A stretch of DNA of 35,277 nucleotides, from NCBI GenBank assembly GCA_021399345.1, contig JAAFKI010000053.1, positions 1 to 35,277 on the forward strand, given 5' to 3'. Shown here piece by piece: positions 26,882 to 35,277 of this stretch (the stretch's first letter is position 1; each line of letters opens with the position of its first letter). The notes beneath the pieces were generated by a model. It made no database searches. It saw only the letters and a list, made by a program, of their open reading frames with translations, and was not told where the DNA came from. Source of the stretch: Candidatus Heimdallarchaeota archaeon (lineage in GTDB: Archaea > Asgardarchaeota > Heimdallarchaeia > Heimdallarchaeales > Heimdallarchaeaceae). Both the position numbers and the translations under genes were made by a program.

Positions 26882-27847
26882 ATGAAATTGAGCAGACTCG
26901 TCGGTTTATTTACTGTTCTCATAGTTCTAAGTTCTTCTTCTATCAATATGTGGACAGCTTCAGCTCTATATAATCATATTCAGAATAACGAATATGAATT
27001 GAAGGATGATATTACACAATCAATTAATGCTCCTGGAGTTGTCAATATGTCACAATTATATCATTATGAATACCATGAAGATGTTAAAGGAGATGGGAAG
27101 TTCAAATGGAAAGTTGATACATTAGAAAGAACAGATAATTTCCATCTTGCAGAAGGTGATAAAAAATTAAAGACAGGAGATAACGTAATCCTCCTCATTG
27201 GTACTGATCCATCTTTGCAATTAGATCAACCACATTTATGGGCCCTTATATATGTTAACGATGTAATGGCAAGATTTAGTAATTATGCTGAACATGGTCG
27301 TGCCGTTTTCAAGTTTGTTCAACCAATTGGGATTGATCACTGGGATAACTTCACTAACGACTATTATAATTCATCAGTGTTTTTAGACTACTATGAAGCT
27401 AACTACAACTTTACTGATTTCGCAGTAACACATTATAATCAAACATTCTTCTTTAATGAAACAAGTTTTGCTGATTATTTAGATAGATCTCCTTATATTA
27501 ATACAACACTATGGTCTGTACTAGACGATACAATAGTATATACTAACACAATTACCACCGAGACAAATAATGTAACTCAAATCGAGATTACTTATGACAA
27601 AGAGACGGGGTTGGCTAATACAATGGTCTACAGTGCTTCATTCATAAATGGTACTGGACACTTTGCTGGTGTTAACATGTCTTTAATTCGACTTCATGGA
27701 TGGGGGTTGCCGTACACTATTACGACTTGGGTAGTATGGATTCCCATACTTTTGATCACAGTTGGATTAATTGTAGCAATCAGGCTACGCGCTTTCCAAA
27801 GATTAAGACTCTATTTGGAAGCAAGAAAGATAGCTCAAAAGGATTAA
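26882..27847 (+). CDS. Secreted, C-terminally anchored surface glycoprotein
   Basis: Signal peptide, 10 N-x-S/T sequons, C-terminal TM with basic tail. ORF open from 26873. Confidence 0.75.
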   Translation: MKLSRLVGLFTVLIVLSSSSINMWTASALYNHIQNNEYELKDDITQSINAPGVVNMSQLYHYEYHEDVKGDGKFKWKVDTLERTDNFHLAEGDKKLKTGDNVILLIGTDPSLQLDQPHLWALIYVNDVMARFSNYAEHGRAVFKFVQPIGIDHWDNFTNDYYNSSVFLDYYEANYNFTDFAVTHYNQTFFFNETSFADYLDRSPYINTTLWSVLDDTIVYTNTITTETNNVTQIEITYDKETGLANTMVYSASFINGTGHFAGVNMSLIRLHGWGLPYTITTWVVWIPILLITVGLIVAIRLRAFQRLRLYLEARKIAQKD

Positions 27848-28010
27848 GTTTCCTTTTCTTTTCTTTACTTTCATTCTTTTTAATTGTTAATAATGCATTT
27901 TTGTCCAATTTTACCCAATAACGAAAATGTTATATGTTTCTTTAACTGTTTTTTTCTTCCGAAAGAAAAATAATGGAATTTTAATGTAAAATAACCATGA
28001 GTTGATTTTA

Positions 28011-29534
28011 ATGACTACATTAAAAACTAAAAAAGTTGATTTAAAAGTAGAGAGAGATTTTGCTCTCCTAAATGCAGAAACACTTAATGATTTAAAAATA
28101 AAGCATTCTGCAAATGTTAAAGTTAAAAGTGATAGCGGAGAAATTATGTGCGAAGTGATTGCCACTGAAGAACTGATTGAACCAGGTTTTGTTGGATTAA
28201 AAAGTGGAACACTTGAGCTGTTAAATGTGGGGCCAAACAAAAAAGTGAGTGTTTTTGTTCGCAGAAGACCTGCATCAATTGAACATGTTAAGAATAAGAC
28301 GCGAGGAAGTGTCTGGAAAGAGGGAGAAATACGTTCAATTGTTAATGATATATGTAGTGGGAATTATACTGACTTAGAAATATCCATGTTTACCCTCGCT
28401 CAATATTATCTCGGTTTGAATATGGATGAAATTCAATATCTTACAACCTTTATGGCAGAATATGGTACTACACTTGATTTTGAAGAACCAGTTTATGATA
28501 AACATTCAATTGGTGGTATTCCAGGAAATAAAGTGAGTCTTGTAATTGTACCAACTGTAGCAGCAGCTGGGTTACTTATACCTAAAACAAGTTCCAGAGC
28601 AATAACAAGCCCTTCTGGAACCGCTGATACAATGGAAGTACTTTGTGATGTTAACTTTACAGCAGATGAAATATTAGAAATTGCACCTAAAACAAGAGGA
28701 ATGCTAGTTTGGGGTGGAACTTTAGATTTGTCACCTCTGGATGAAATTGTGATTCATAAAGTCGAACAACCATTAGGGATAGATCCTCACAGTCAGATGC
28801 TTGCAAGTATTTTTAGTAAGAAAGTTTCTACTGGAGTGGATCATATGGTTTTAGATATACCTACAGGTATAGGAACCAAAATGCCAACCAAAGAAGATGC
28901 GATCGATTATGCCCATGAAGCTACAGAGTTAGGTAGAAGACTTGGAATTCAAATTGAAGCAGCCTTAAGCTATGGAGAACAACCTCTTGGAAAAGCTGTA
29001 GGTCCAGCTCTTGAAGCGAGAGAAGCTCTTGATGTTATTGAGGGTAAAGGACCAACAAGTGTATTTGAAAAAAGCAGTGAACTTGCAGGAATTCTCTTTG
29101 AATTAGCAGGTATTGCTCAACCTGGTCAAGGTGCTACGCTAGCAGCTGATTATATTACTAAAGGCAAAACCAAGGCCAAAATGGAAGAGATTATAGGTGT
29201 TCAAGGGGGAAATGCAACAATTACAGGAGAAGAAGTAGTTGTTGGCGAATTTACTTCTGATGTATTAGCTCCTAAAGATGGATACATTGTAAAATTATCA
29301 AATTCCGCTATAAAAAGAATAGCAAAAGCTGCTGGAGCACCAAGACATAAAGAAGCTGGAGTTTATCTACATAAGAAGATTGGTGATTTCTGTAAACAAG
29401 ATGAAAAACTGATGACTATTTATTCAAATAGTGAGGGTAGATTAACTGAAGCTCTCAACTTAGCAATGAATCTTAATCCTTACCTACTAGAAGGTATGAT
29501 CATAAAGAGAATTTCTTCTGGTCCAAGAAAATAA
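28011..29534 (+). CDS. AMP phosphorylase (archaeal thymidine phosphorylase family)
   Basis: DKHSIGGIPGNK, PKTSSRAITSPSGTADTMEVL, GPALEA; N-terminal beta-barrel domain. Confidence 0.95.
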   Translation: MTTLKTKKVDLKVERDFALLNAETLNDLKIKHSANVKVKSDSGEIMCEVIATEELIEPGFVGLKSGTLELLNVGPNKKVSVFVRRRPASIEHVKNKTRGSVWKEGEIRSIVNDICSGNYTDLEISMFTLAQYYLGLNMDEIQYLTTFMAEYGTTLDFEEPVYDKHSIGGIPGNKVSLVIVPTVAAAGLLIPKTSSRAITSPSGTADTMEVLCDVNFTADEILEIAPKTRGMLVWGGTLDLSPLDEIVIHKVEQPLGIDPHSQMLASIFSKKVSTGVDHMVLDIPTGIGTKMPTKEDAIDYAHEATELGRRLGIQIEAALSYGEQPLGKAVGPALEAREALDVIEGKGPTSVFEKSSELAGILFELAGIAQPGQGATLAADYITKGKTKAKMEEIIGVQGGNATITGEEVVVGEFTSDVLAPKDGYIVKLSNSAIKRIAKAAGAPRHKEAGVYLHKKIGDFCKQDEKLMTIYSNSEGRLTEALNLAMNLNPYLLEGMIIKRISSGPRK

Positions 29535-29542
29535 GAAAAAAC

Positions 29543-29986
29543 TTAATTCTCTTTTTCTTCCTTTTTCAGAATCATTTTGTTCATATAGAGTGTTTGATCG
29601 AAAAAAGTAATTTCGAATCCTACTTTTGACCAAAATGGCTGTACAAAAGGTGAACAACATAGCTGAATCGTATCTTCTTCTATTACATTATTTATCAGTT
29701 CTTGCGCACATTTGTAACCCATACCCTTTCTTCTCATGTCCTCTCTTACTTCAAAAACATAAATTATCGGACATCCTACAGGTACAAAACCACCTTCAAA
29801 ACCAGGTTCATTAGGAATAACAGCTGTTACAGCAACTAACTCATCTTCAACGAAAAACCCATAGCATTTAATTTGCTCATCAAAGAACATTCTATAAGAA
29901 ACAAAGAAAGGAAATTGGTGACTAGGGACATCATCATAATCAATTATGTGAACTTTCACATCAAATTGCTCTTGATGTTCTTCCAT
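29543..29986 (-). CDS. GNAT family N-acetyltransferase
   Basis: FEVREDMRRKGMG (motif A); FWSKVGF. Confidence 0.88.
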   Translation of the reverse strand: MEEHQEQFDVKVHIIDYDDVPSHQFPFFVSYRMFFDEQIKCYGFFVEDELVAVTAVIPNEPGFEGGFVPVGCPIIYVFEVREDMRRKGMGYKCAQELINNVIEEDTIQLCCSPFVQPFWSKVGFEITFFDQTLYMNKMILKKEEKEN

Positions 29987-30114
29987 TTAATTCACCCTTT
30001 AACCTATTCTAAACAATGTTTCTCCTTTTAATAAAACTATATATGGTACTAGTCTCTTCTAAGCGGAAGATTTTTTATTTAAGTCACAAAGTATATCTCT
30101 GTTGAGGAGAAATT

Positions 30115-31317
30115 ATGTCTGGCTTTGATTATGTAGAAGAAGCAATGTTTGGGAAATCCATTTTCAAAAATGAATCCTCTCTCTATCCTGAGTATGTTCC
30201 ACCAGAGCTCCCAAGAAGAGAAGAGGAGATTAAGAGACTAGCTAGAAATTTCCGATCACTTCTAGGACAAGAAGGGTCATTTTCAGTTAATGTTGCTATA
30301 GTTGGAAATGCTGGAATTGGAAAAACCAATTTGTGTAAATATACTATGAAAAGGTTCGAAAGTACAGCAAATTCAAGGCATATAAATGTAAAATTCTTAT
30401 ATTATAATTGTCATTCTTTCAGAAGCAAGACAGCTATTTTACGTAATGTCCTATCAGAACACTTCCACATTCAATCTAGGGGTTTTAGTGATGAAGAAAT
30501 TCTAGATATGCTAGTAAAACGATTAATCAAAGAAGATATACGATTAATAATCGCTCTTGACGAGGCTAATATGTTGAATTCCGAAGATATTTTGAGTATT
30601 TTCCATGCTGGAGAGTATTTCGGTTCAGAGCAAAGCATGATTTCAACAATAATAATTTCCAGACCTACTGAATGGAAATCTCTTTTGAATGTGCCTTTAT
30701 CTGGGCATATTCACGATCAAATAGATGTTTCTGGTTATTCAAGGGACCAATTGCTGGAAATTCTTGAATATAGATCTAGTATGGCGCTCTATCCCACTTC
30801 TTACTCTGATGAAACATTGAATCTTATTGCGGATATTTGTGCTTCTTCTCAAAATGCAAGACATGGTCTCGAAATTCTATACAGATCTGGAAAACTTACT
30901 GATTTAAAACAAGAGAACTTCATTGTTCCTGATTATATCAGAGCTGCAAAAGCTGATGTTTATCCAGAACTGAGAAGAGATGTTTTATCTGAGCTTAGAG
31001 ATCATGAATTATTAGCTGCTTTAGGTGTTGCGAAAAAACTTTCACTAAAGGGCGTAACATCTACAACTGTTGATGAAGGTTACGACAGTTATCTTTTAGC
31101 TTGTGAGGAACATGAAGAAGAATCACGCGGAAAATCAACTTTCAGATCTGCTATAGAAACCTTAGATAAAGTAGGTGTTATTGGTAAAAGTGTAGGACCA
31201 ATTGAAGAAGGAAAAAGAGGAAGACGTGCTAAAATAACCACTTTTGATATTCCTGCAACTGTTCTTGTAGAGAGAATTGAGAATATATTATCAAAACCAA
31301 GGGATTCGAAAGATTAG
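30115..31317 (+). CDS. cdc6: Orc1/Cdc6 family replication initiator
   Basis: LYPEYVP..LPRREEE, Walker A GNAGIGKT, Walker B IALDEA, C-terminal wHTH (GKRGR). Confidence 0.95.
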   Translation: MSGFDYVEEAMFGKSIFKNESSLYPEYVPPELPRREEEIKRLARNFRSLLGQEGSFSVNVAIVGNAGIGKTNLCKYTMKRFESTANSRHINVKFLYYNCHSFRSKTAILRNVLSEHFHIQSRGFSDEEILDMLVKRLIKEDIRLIIALDEANMLNSEDILSIFHAGEYFGSEQSMISTIIISRPTEWKSLLNVPLSGHIHDQIDVSGYSRDQLLEILEYRSSMALYPTSYSDETLNLIADICASSQNARHGLEILYRSGKLTDLKQENFIVPDYIRAAKADVYPELRRDVLSELRDHELLAALGVAKKLSLKGVTSTTVDEGYDSYLLACEEHEEESRGKSTFRSAIETLDKVGVIGKSVGPIEEGKRGRRAKITTFDIPATVLVERIENILSKPRDSKD

Positions 31318-31320
31318 ATA

Positions 31321-31554
31321 TTAATTGACACAAATCATTGTCATTGAATTCTTTACTCCTTCTAGAATTATATTGTTGTTCAATACTTGATTTTTCAATT
31401 CGTCCATTGTTCCGAATTCAATCTTTACAATTAAATCATAGATACCATACACTGCGTAAACTTCTGTAACTTCTACAATGTGTTTGAGACCCTCTTGAAC
31501 TTTTTCTAACATGCCCGATTGGACGTTTAGAAGGATATAAGCTGCTTGTGTCAT
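31321..31554 (-). CDS. Stand-alone Lrp/AsnC ligand-binding (RAM) domain protein
   Basis: AYILLNV...VYGIYDLIVKIE...GVKNSMTMI. Confidence 0.9.
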   Translation of the reverse strand: MTQAAYILLNVQSGMLEKVQEGLKHIVEVTEVYAVYGIYDLIVKIEFGTMDELKNQVLNNNIILEGVKNSMTMICVN

Positions 31555-31675
31555 TTTCAGAATAGACTCCTTTTACATGACACTTTCGAATGCATTTAAA
31601 AAAACTAACATTGGGACATGTCACTAGAAGAGCAGGAAAAATATTTCTTTTAATAGAGAAAAAAAAGAATAGCAA

Positions 31676-32956
31676 TTATTCTTTTTGAATCTTTAATCTT
31701 GCTTTACAAGCTGGGCAAGTTCCATTTCCAACAACCCATTGATATAGATGGTTTTTATGAAAAGCTATATCACAAGAAGGACATCGTATGATAGTCTCTT
31801 TCTTTGAAATAGTTTGTAAACATATAGAACAAGTAACAGTGATGGCTTCTTTTGTAACTAAATTATAGTTAATGTCTTTTTTCTGGAAATCAACATCATA
31901 AACGAGCTTAGGTGAATATTCAACTTTATTTTTATTCAAACTATGATTTGTTACTCTATTCTTTTTTCTTCTTTGGAAGAGTTTGAATGAAATGAAAACA
32001 CCAGCAAGGTACAATACAGAGAATAATACGATTATTGGATTAGCTGTAAAAAAGGGTGGAGTGTTAGTTTCGATAGAATCATCGATGATTTTCCATTGAA
32101 AAGCTAAGTCAGAATACTTTTTATCAAATGGAATATCTGCAAGATTTTTTGCTCCTGTATTAATAAATAACCTTGCGATATTTTCGGTTTGAACATGATC
32201 ATAAAATAAACTAATTAAAATGTCGTTTTCAGCATTATAATCACTAAAGTTAAAGATTATTTCATACCAATCCCCTTCAGATATCCCCCCATCTATCCCT
32301 ATATTTAACTCTGATACGTCACTTATTGCGAAATTATCAGATTCTGATTTGATAGATGTCTGATTTTCATCAAGAAGATTAAGAGTGTAGTTAGTTGTTT
32401 CAAGGTATCTACTGCCTAAGATTGTAACTAGTTTGTCAATACTCTGGTAATATTCTGCAAATCTCTCTACTCCAAAGAAAAATTGAGGTTCTAAATTAAG
32501 ATTCATGGAATAGGTCCAGATAGGATAAACATCTGATACTGTAAAATTAAATAAACATTCTTCAACATAAAGTGAACTTACTCTAACTCTAATAATTTCA
32601 TAAATTTCCAATCCAGTTGTAAAATAATGTATTCCTGTATCACCATGATTGATTAACCAACTATCGTAAATGGTTTCACTCTGATCTAAGACTAATTGTA
32701 TCATAAGACCATTGTAAGGCCCTTGTATAACACTTCCCCATTCCTGAACAGAAATACTAAATTCGAATACTGCTCCTTCGATAAGAATGAAATACTCACT
32801 GTTGTTATAGGAAGAACTAACTTTAAGACTATAACTTTTATCTACAGCTTTTGTTGTTGTGTCATCAGTGATAACCAATCCATTTGTATGATTTAGTAAT
32901 GTCATGGTTAATGAAAGAGATATAAAAAAAAGAAAGAGAGTTTTTGATTTACTCAT
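31676..32956 (-). CDS. Single-pass membrane protein with cytoplasmic RING finger (putative E3 ligase)
   Basis: Signal peptide, ~280-aa beta-rich ectodomain, TM followed by QRRKKNR, and C-x2-C-x12-C-x2-C-x4-H-x2-H-x3-W-x6-C-P-x-C. Confidence 0.82.
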   Translation of the reverse strand: MSKSKTLFLFFISLSLTMTLLNHTNGLVITDDTTTKAVDKSYSLKVSSSYNNSEYFILIEGAVFEFSISVQEWGSVIQGPYNGLMIQLVLDQSETIYDSWLINHGDTGIHYFTTGLEIYEIIRVRVSSLYVEECLFNFTVSDVYPIWTYSMNLNLEPQFFFGVERFAEYYQSIDKLVTILGSRYLETTNYTLNLLDENQTSIKSESDNFAISDVSELNIGIDGGISEGDWYEIIFNFSDYNAENDILISLFYDHVQTENIARLFINTGAKNLADIPFDKKYSDLAFQWKIIDDSIETNTPPFFTANPIIVLFSVLYLAGVFISFKLFQRRKKNRVTNHSLNKNKVEYSPKLVYDVDFQKKDINYNLVTKEAITVTCSICLQTISKKETIIRCPSCDIAFHKNHLYQWVVGNGTCPACKARLKIQKE

Positions 32957-32960
32957 TTGA

Positions 32961-35036
32961 TCACCGCTTCTTACGTTTTATGAATCCAAGCAAAGCTGTT
33001 AATCCAAGTATGGTTACAAAGATTGGCCAAGACGAAGATTGATAGTAATGATCATGTGTGTCGTACTCATTCTCATTAACAAAGCCTATGTCAATCTCCC
33101 CAACATGATAATCTGCAACAACCAACATCAAAAATTCATCTTCTGTAAGATATACTTCACTACTTTGTTTGTATAGGTAGTCCATACTACTTGCATTGAA
33201 CACATAGATTCCTGTTTGAACCACATATGAATCAGCATAAAATTTGCATTGTTCTGTAGATTCTAAGCTATTGTCTATCTCAAAAAGATAAGCGTCATCA
33301 GCTCCAATATCCACACTTATCTTGTCTCCCAATTCAAGTCTCCGAGGTATTGCATTTGCTATAGTCACTTCTATAATTTCTGAAGAGACCAAAGAGATTT
33401 TTATGGTGTGACTAGCTGGGATTGCAATTACATCATAGTTGGATCCGAGTTTATCTAGAACAATTGAAGAATAAGCTACATCTACTGCTAAGATGTCATA
33501 GGTATCATAGGTATCACCAATAATCATTCCATAGGAATCATTGAATGGATGTCCTGTTAAGCGATAAATAACTCTCTGATTAGGATATAAAACTATCTCT
33601 TTTTTCTTGTTAAAAGGTATTAATGAATACTCATAGATGTTAGAGAAATCAATATTTTGTATCTCGCTAGAAATTCTATTTCCGAGCCAATCCTCAGTAT
33701 AGATTTGATAATACAAAAACTCTGTTTGTTCAGTAAATAGTAAAGATAGACAGTATGAGTCGTTGAATAGTGATGTGGCATTAGCAATAGTCCAAAAAAT
33801 AGCTCTGTCAAATTTATAGTAAATCTCAACAAATGAAACTCCTGTAACATCTTTTATTTCACTCATGATATTTACATACTTCTCATCAGTTAGAAAATCT
33901 TCACCAAAGTAGACCCAAGTATCAATTTCCGGAGGCAAATCGTCCAATAAAACAACAAATGTTTTTTCGATGCTTCTTCTTTCATCTTGATCATTCTGGT
34001 GAGATAATTGAACGGTTATTTTGAAATCCAATTCAACTGCATAGAGTACTATTAATTCTCCAATGATATCTGGAATGTCTGTTGTCTGAGGATATTCAAA
34101 ACCAATTTCAACATAAGTACCTCCTGTTATTTCAGCTCCAGGACGTAACTGGTCAAAAACCTGATTACTCGAACCAGTAGCTGCAATAGTACAAAGTATA
34201 AACCCTTCAACTGCATATTGTTGATAGATATCGTTTAGTTGAGAAGTTGATCTAATGACAGTTCCACCATTATCTACTTCATCAGTAATTAACACTACCA
34301 ATTTAACTGCATCAGTACGCCAATCAAGATTCATCTTAGTAGCATATAATGCGTCACCCCAAGGTTCAGTACCACCATTAGCTGCAGTTTGAGCTAACAC
34401 ACTAACAATATCTTCAACATCGAAAGTGAGGGGAAAGATCAAGCTATCTTCTAGATAGGGATTATAATCAGGATTGCCCCCAAAGAGAACCAAACCTACT
34501 CGGAGATCAGGAACTTCTAAATCGATTTCATCAATAACTCTGATTAATTCGCTAGTTAAAGTTTCGATTTCATCTCCCATAGAACCAGACTGATCAAGAA
34601 CGATGGCCAAATCTAGAGCAGAAGAAACTTCTGCAGTGGATTCTGTAAGGATTGAGTGTTCGTTGGTAATCCATGATTCTCCTATTTCAAGATAATCTTT
34701 AGTAGAATCAGACGGATTTTGTATTGTTCCAAAGTCGTTTGTTTGGGCATAAAATTCCAGAAGATCAAGCTCTTGGTCCGAATTATTTGTTACATTAAAA
34801 CAAACACTAAAAGAATCTCCAGGTAGAGTACTTGGAATGTTATCCGAACGGTAGGACTGCAAGTCTGTTATCATCTCAATTGAGACATTATCTAAAGGAC
34901 TTGTTGTTTCAAGACTTAACTGATTTATAACTGGTGAAAAACTCTCAGTTTTACTAATTACATGCATGATAGGTGTGAATAAACCTACCAGCACAATTGT
35001 GCAAAAAATTATTCCGTTTATTTTCATTTGTATCAA
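32961..35036 (-). CDS. Cell-surface vWA-domain protein with Ig-like domains and C-terminal membrane anchor
   Basis: Signal peptide; MIDAS DQSGS, GGTEP, WRTDAVKLVVLITDE; C-terminal TM with KRKKR. ATG at 35027 is an alternative start. Confidence 0.88.
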   Translation of the reverse strand: MIQMKINGIIFCTIVLVGLFTPIMHVISKTESFSPVINQLSLETTSPLDNVSIEMITDLQSYRSDNIPSTLPGDSFSVCFNVTNNSDQELDLLEFYAQTNDFGTIQNPSDSTKDYLEIGESWITNEHSILTESTAEVSSALDLAIVLDQSGSMGDEIETLTSELIRVIDEIDLEVPDLRVGLVLFGGNPDYNPYLEDSLIFPLTFDVEDIVSVLAQTAANGGTEPWGDALYATKMNLDWRTDAVKLVVLITDEVDNGGTVIRSTSQLNDIYQQYAVEGFILCTIAATGSSNQVFDQLRPGAEITGGTYVEIGFEYPQTTDIPDIIGELIVLYAVELDFKITVQLSHQNDQDERRSIEKTFVVLLDDLPPEIDTWVYFGEDFLTDEKYVNIMSEIKDVTGVSFVEIYYKFDRAIFWTIANATSLFNDSYCLSLLFTEQTEFLYYQIYTEDWLGNRISSEIQNIDFSNIYEYSLIPFNKKKEIVLYPNQRVIYRLTGHPFNDSYGMIIGDTYDTYDILAVDVAYSSIVLDKLGSNYDVIAIPASHTIKISLVSSEIIEVTIANAIPRRLELGDKISVDIGADDAYLFEIDNSLESTEQCKFYADSYVVQTGIYVFNASSMDYLYKQSSEVYLTEDEFLMLVVADYHVGEIDIGFVNENEYDTHDHYYQSSSWPIFVTILGLTALLGFIKRKKR

Positions 35037-35163
35037 GATATCATTATTGTGAGATGTTAATAAATCTTTCTCTCGCGGTTGTTTTTACCCTTTGTACTTC
35101 CGTTCTACTTAAAATATCAAAATTCCGATATATTTATATATTCTTTATATTACTGTATTCTTG

Positions 35164-35277
35164 ATGTCGGAAAAACACTTCGAAAAAATGATTAGTTTAC
35201 TTGAAGAAATAAGTACAAGACTGAAGAATATAGAGGGTAAACTAAACATAGAAGAAACAGCAGTAAAAACTGGTGTA
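35164..35277 (+). CDS. Partial hypothetical protein (coiled-coil N-terminus)
   Basis: MSEKHFEKMISLLEEISTRLKNIEGKLNIEETAVKTGV... open to the window end; TATA-like tracts upstream. Confidence 0.65.
   Translation, partial: MSEKHFEKMISLLEEISTRLKNIEGKLNIEETAVKTGV

Noticed and set aside
29987-30114. Replication origin next to cdc6
   Set aside because: The intergenic region is only ~128 bp with no repeated ORB-like elements; there is just one short TCTTC/GAAGA inverted repeat. The other flank also lacks ORBs.
33495-33520. Short tandem TCATAGGTA repeat
   Set aside because: Only two copies, within coding sequence (DTYDTYD); not an array.
6026-33850. Other short ORF-track entries (6026, 7243, 8622, 9369, 9564, 10414, 10917, 12628, 14006, 14112, 16334, 17238, 19288, 22096, 22815, 24131, 27700, 27911, 29626, 31436, 32696, 33620)
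   Set aside because: They overlap well-supported genes in antisense or alternate frames and show no recognisable motifs.
1-35277. CRISPR arrays, tRNA/rRNA, transposases or integrases
   Set aside because: No spaced repeats, GC-rich structured RNA segments or mobile-element motifs were seen by eye. The GIY-YIG gene is the housekeeping DUF123 type.

Overview
Gene-dense, AT-rich archaeal window (roughly 30% GC by eye), very probably from an Asgard archaeon (Heimdallarchaeia-like). This assignment is inferred from a Rab-like GTPase, longin/DENN-like proteins, a RING protein, Cdc6/Orc1, AMP phosphorylase and GGTGA ribosome-binding sites. Metabolic and housekeeping genes: tusA-sqr-tusA-dsrE2-dsrE-regulator sulfur-relay operon, TauE, WecB, peroxiredoxin with divergent Lrp regulator, two alpha/beta hydrolases, DegV, adenine deaminase, AlaX, AMP phosphorylase, GNAT and Cdc6. 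The best candidate for an undescribed system is a translationally coupled pair at 31676-35036. One gene encodes a surface protein with an integrin-beta-I-like vWA domain that appears inserted into an Ig-like domain. The other encodes a single-pass receptor-like protein with a cytoplasmic RING finger. Other notable items: a 7TM-longin fusion, two apparent pseudo-GTPase fusions, a GAP1/DENN-like protein, a radical SAM/SPASM enzyme coupled to a 61-aa ORF, three tandem paralogous membrane proteins, and two gene-deletion scars missed by the ORF track. No tRNA, rRNA, CRISPR array or mobile element was seen. All domain calls come from motif recognition by eye; no searches were run.
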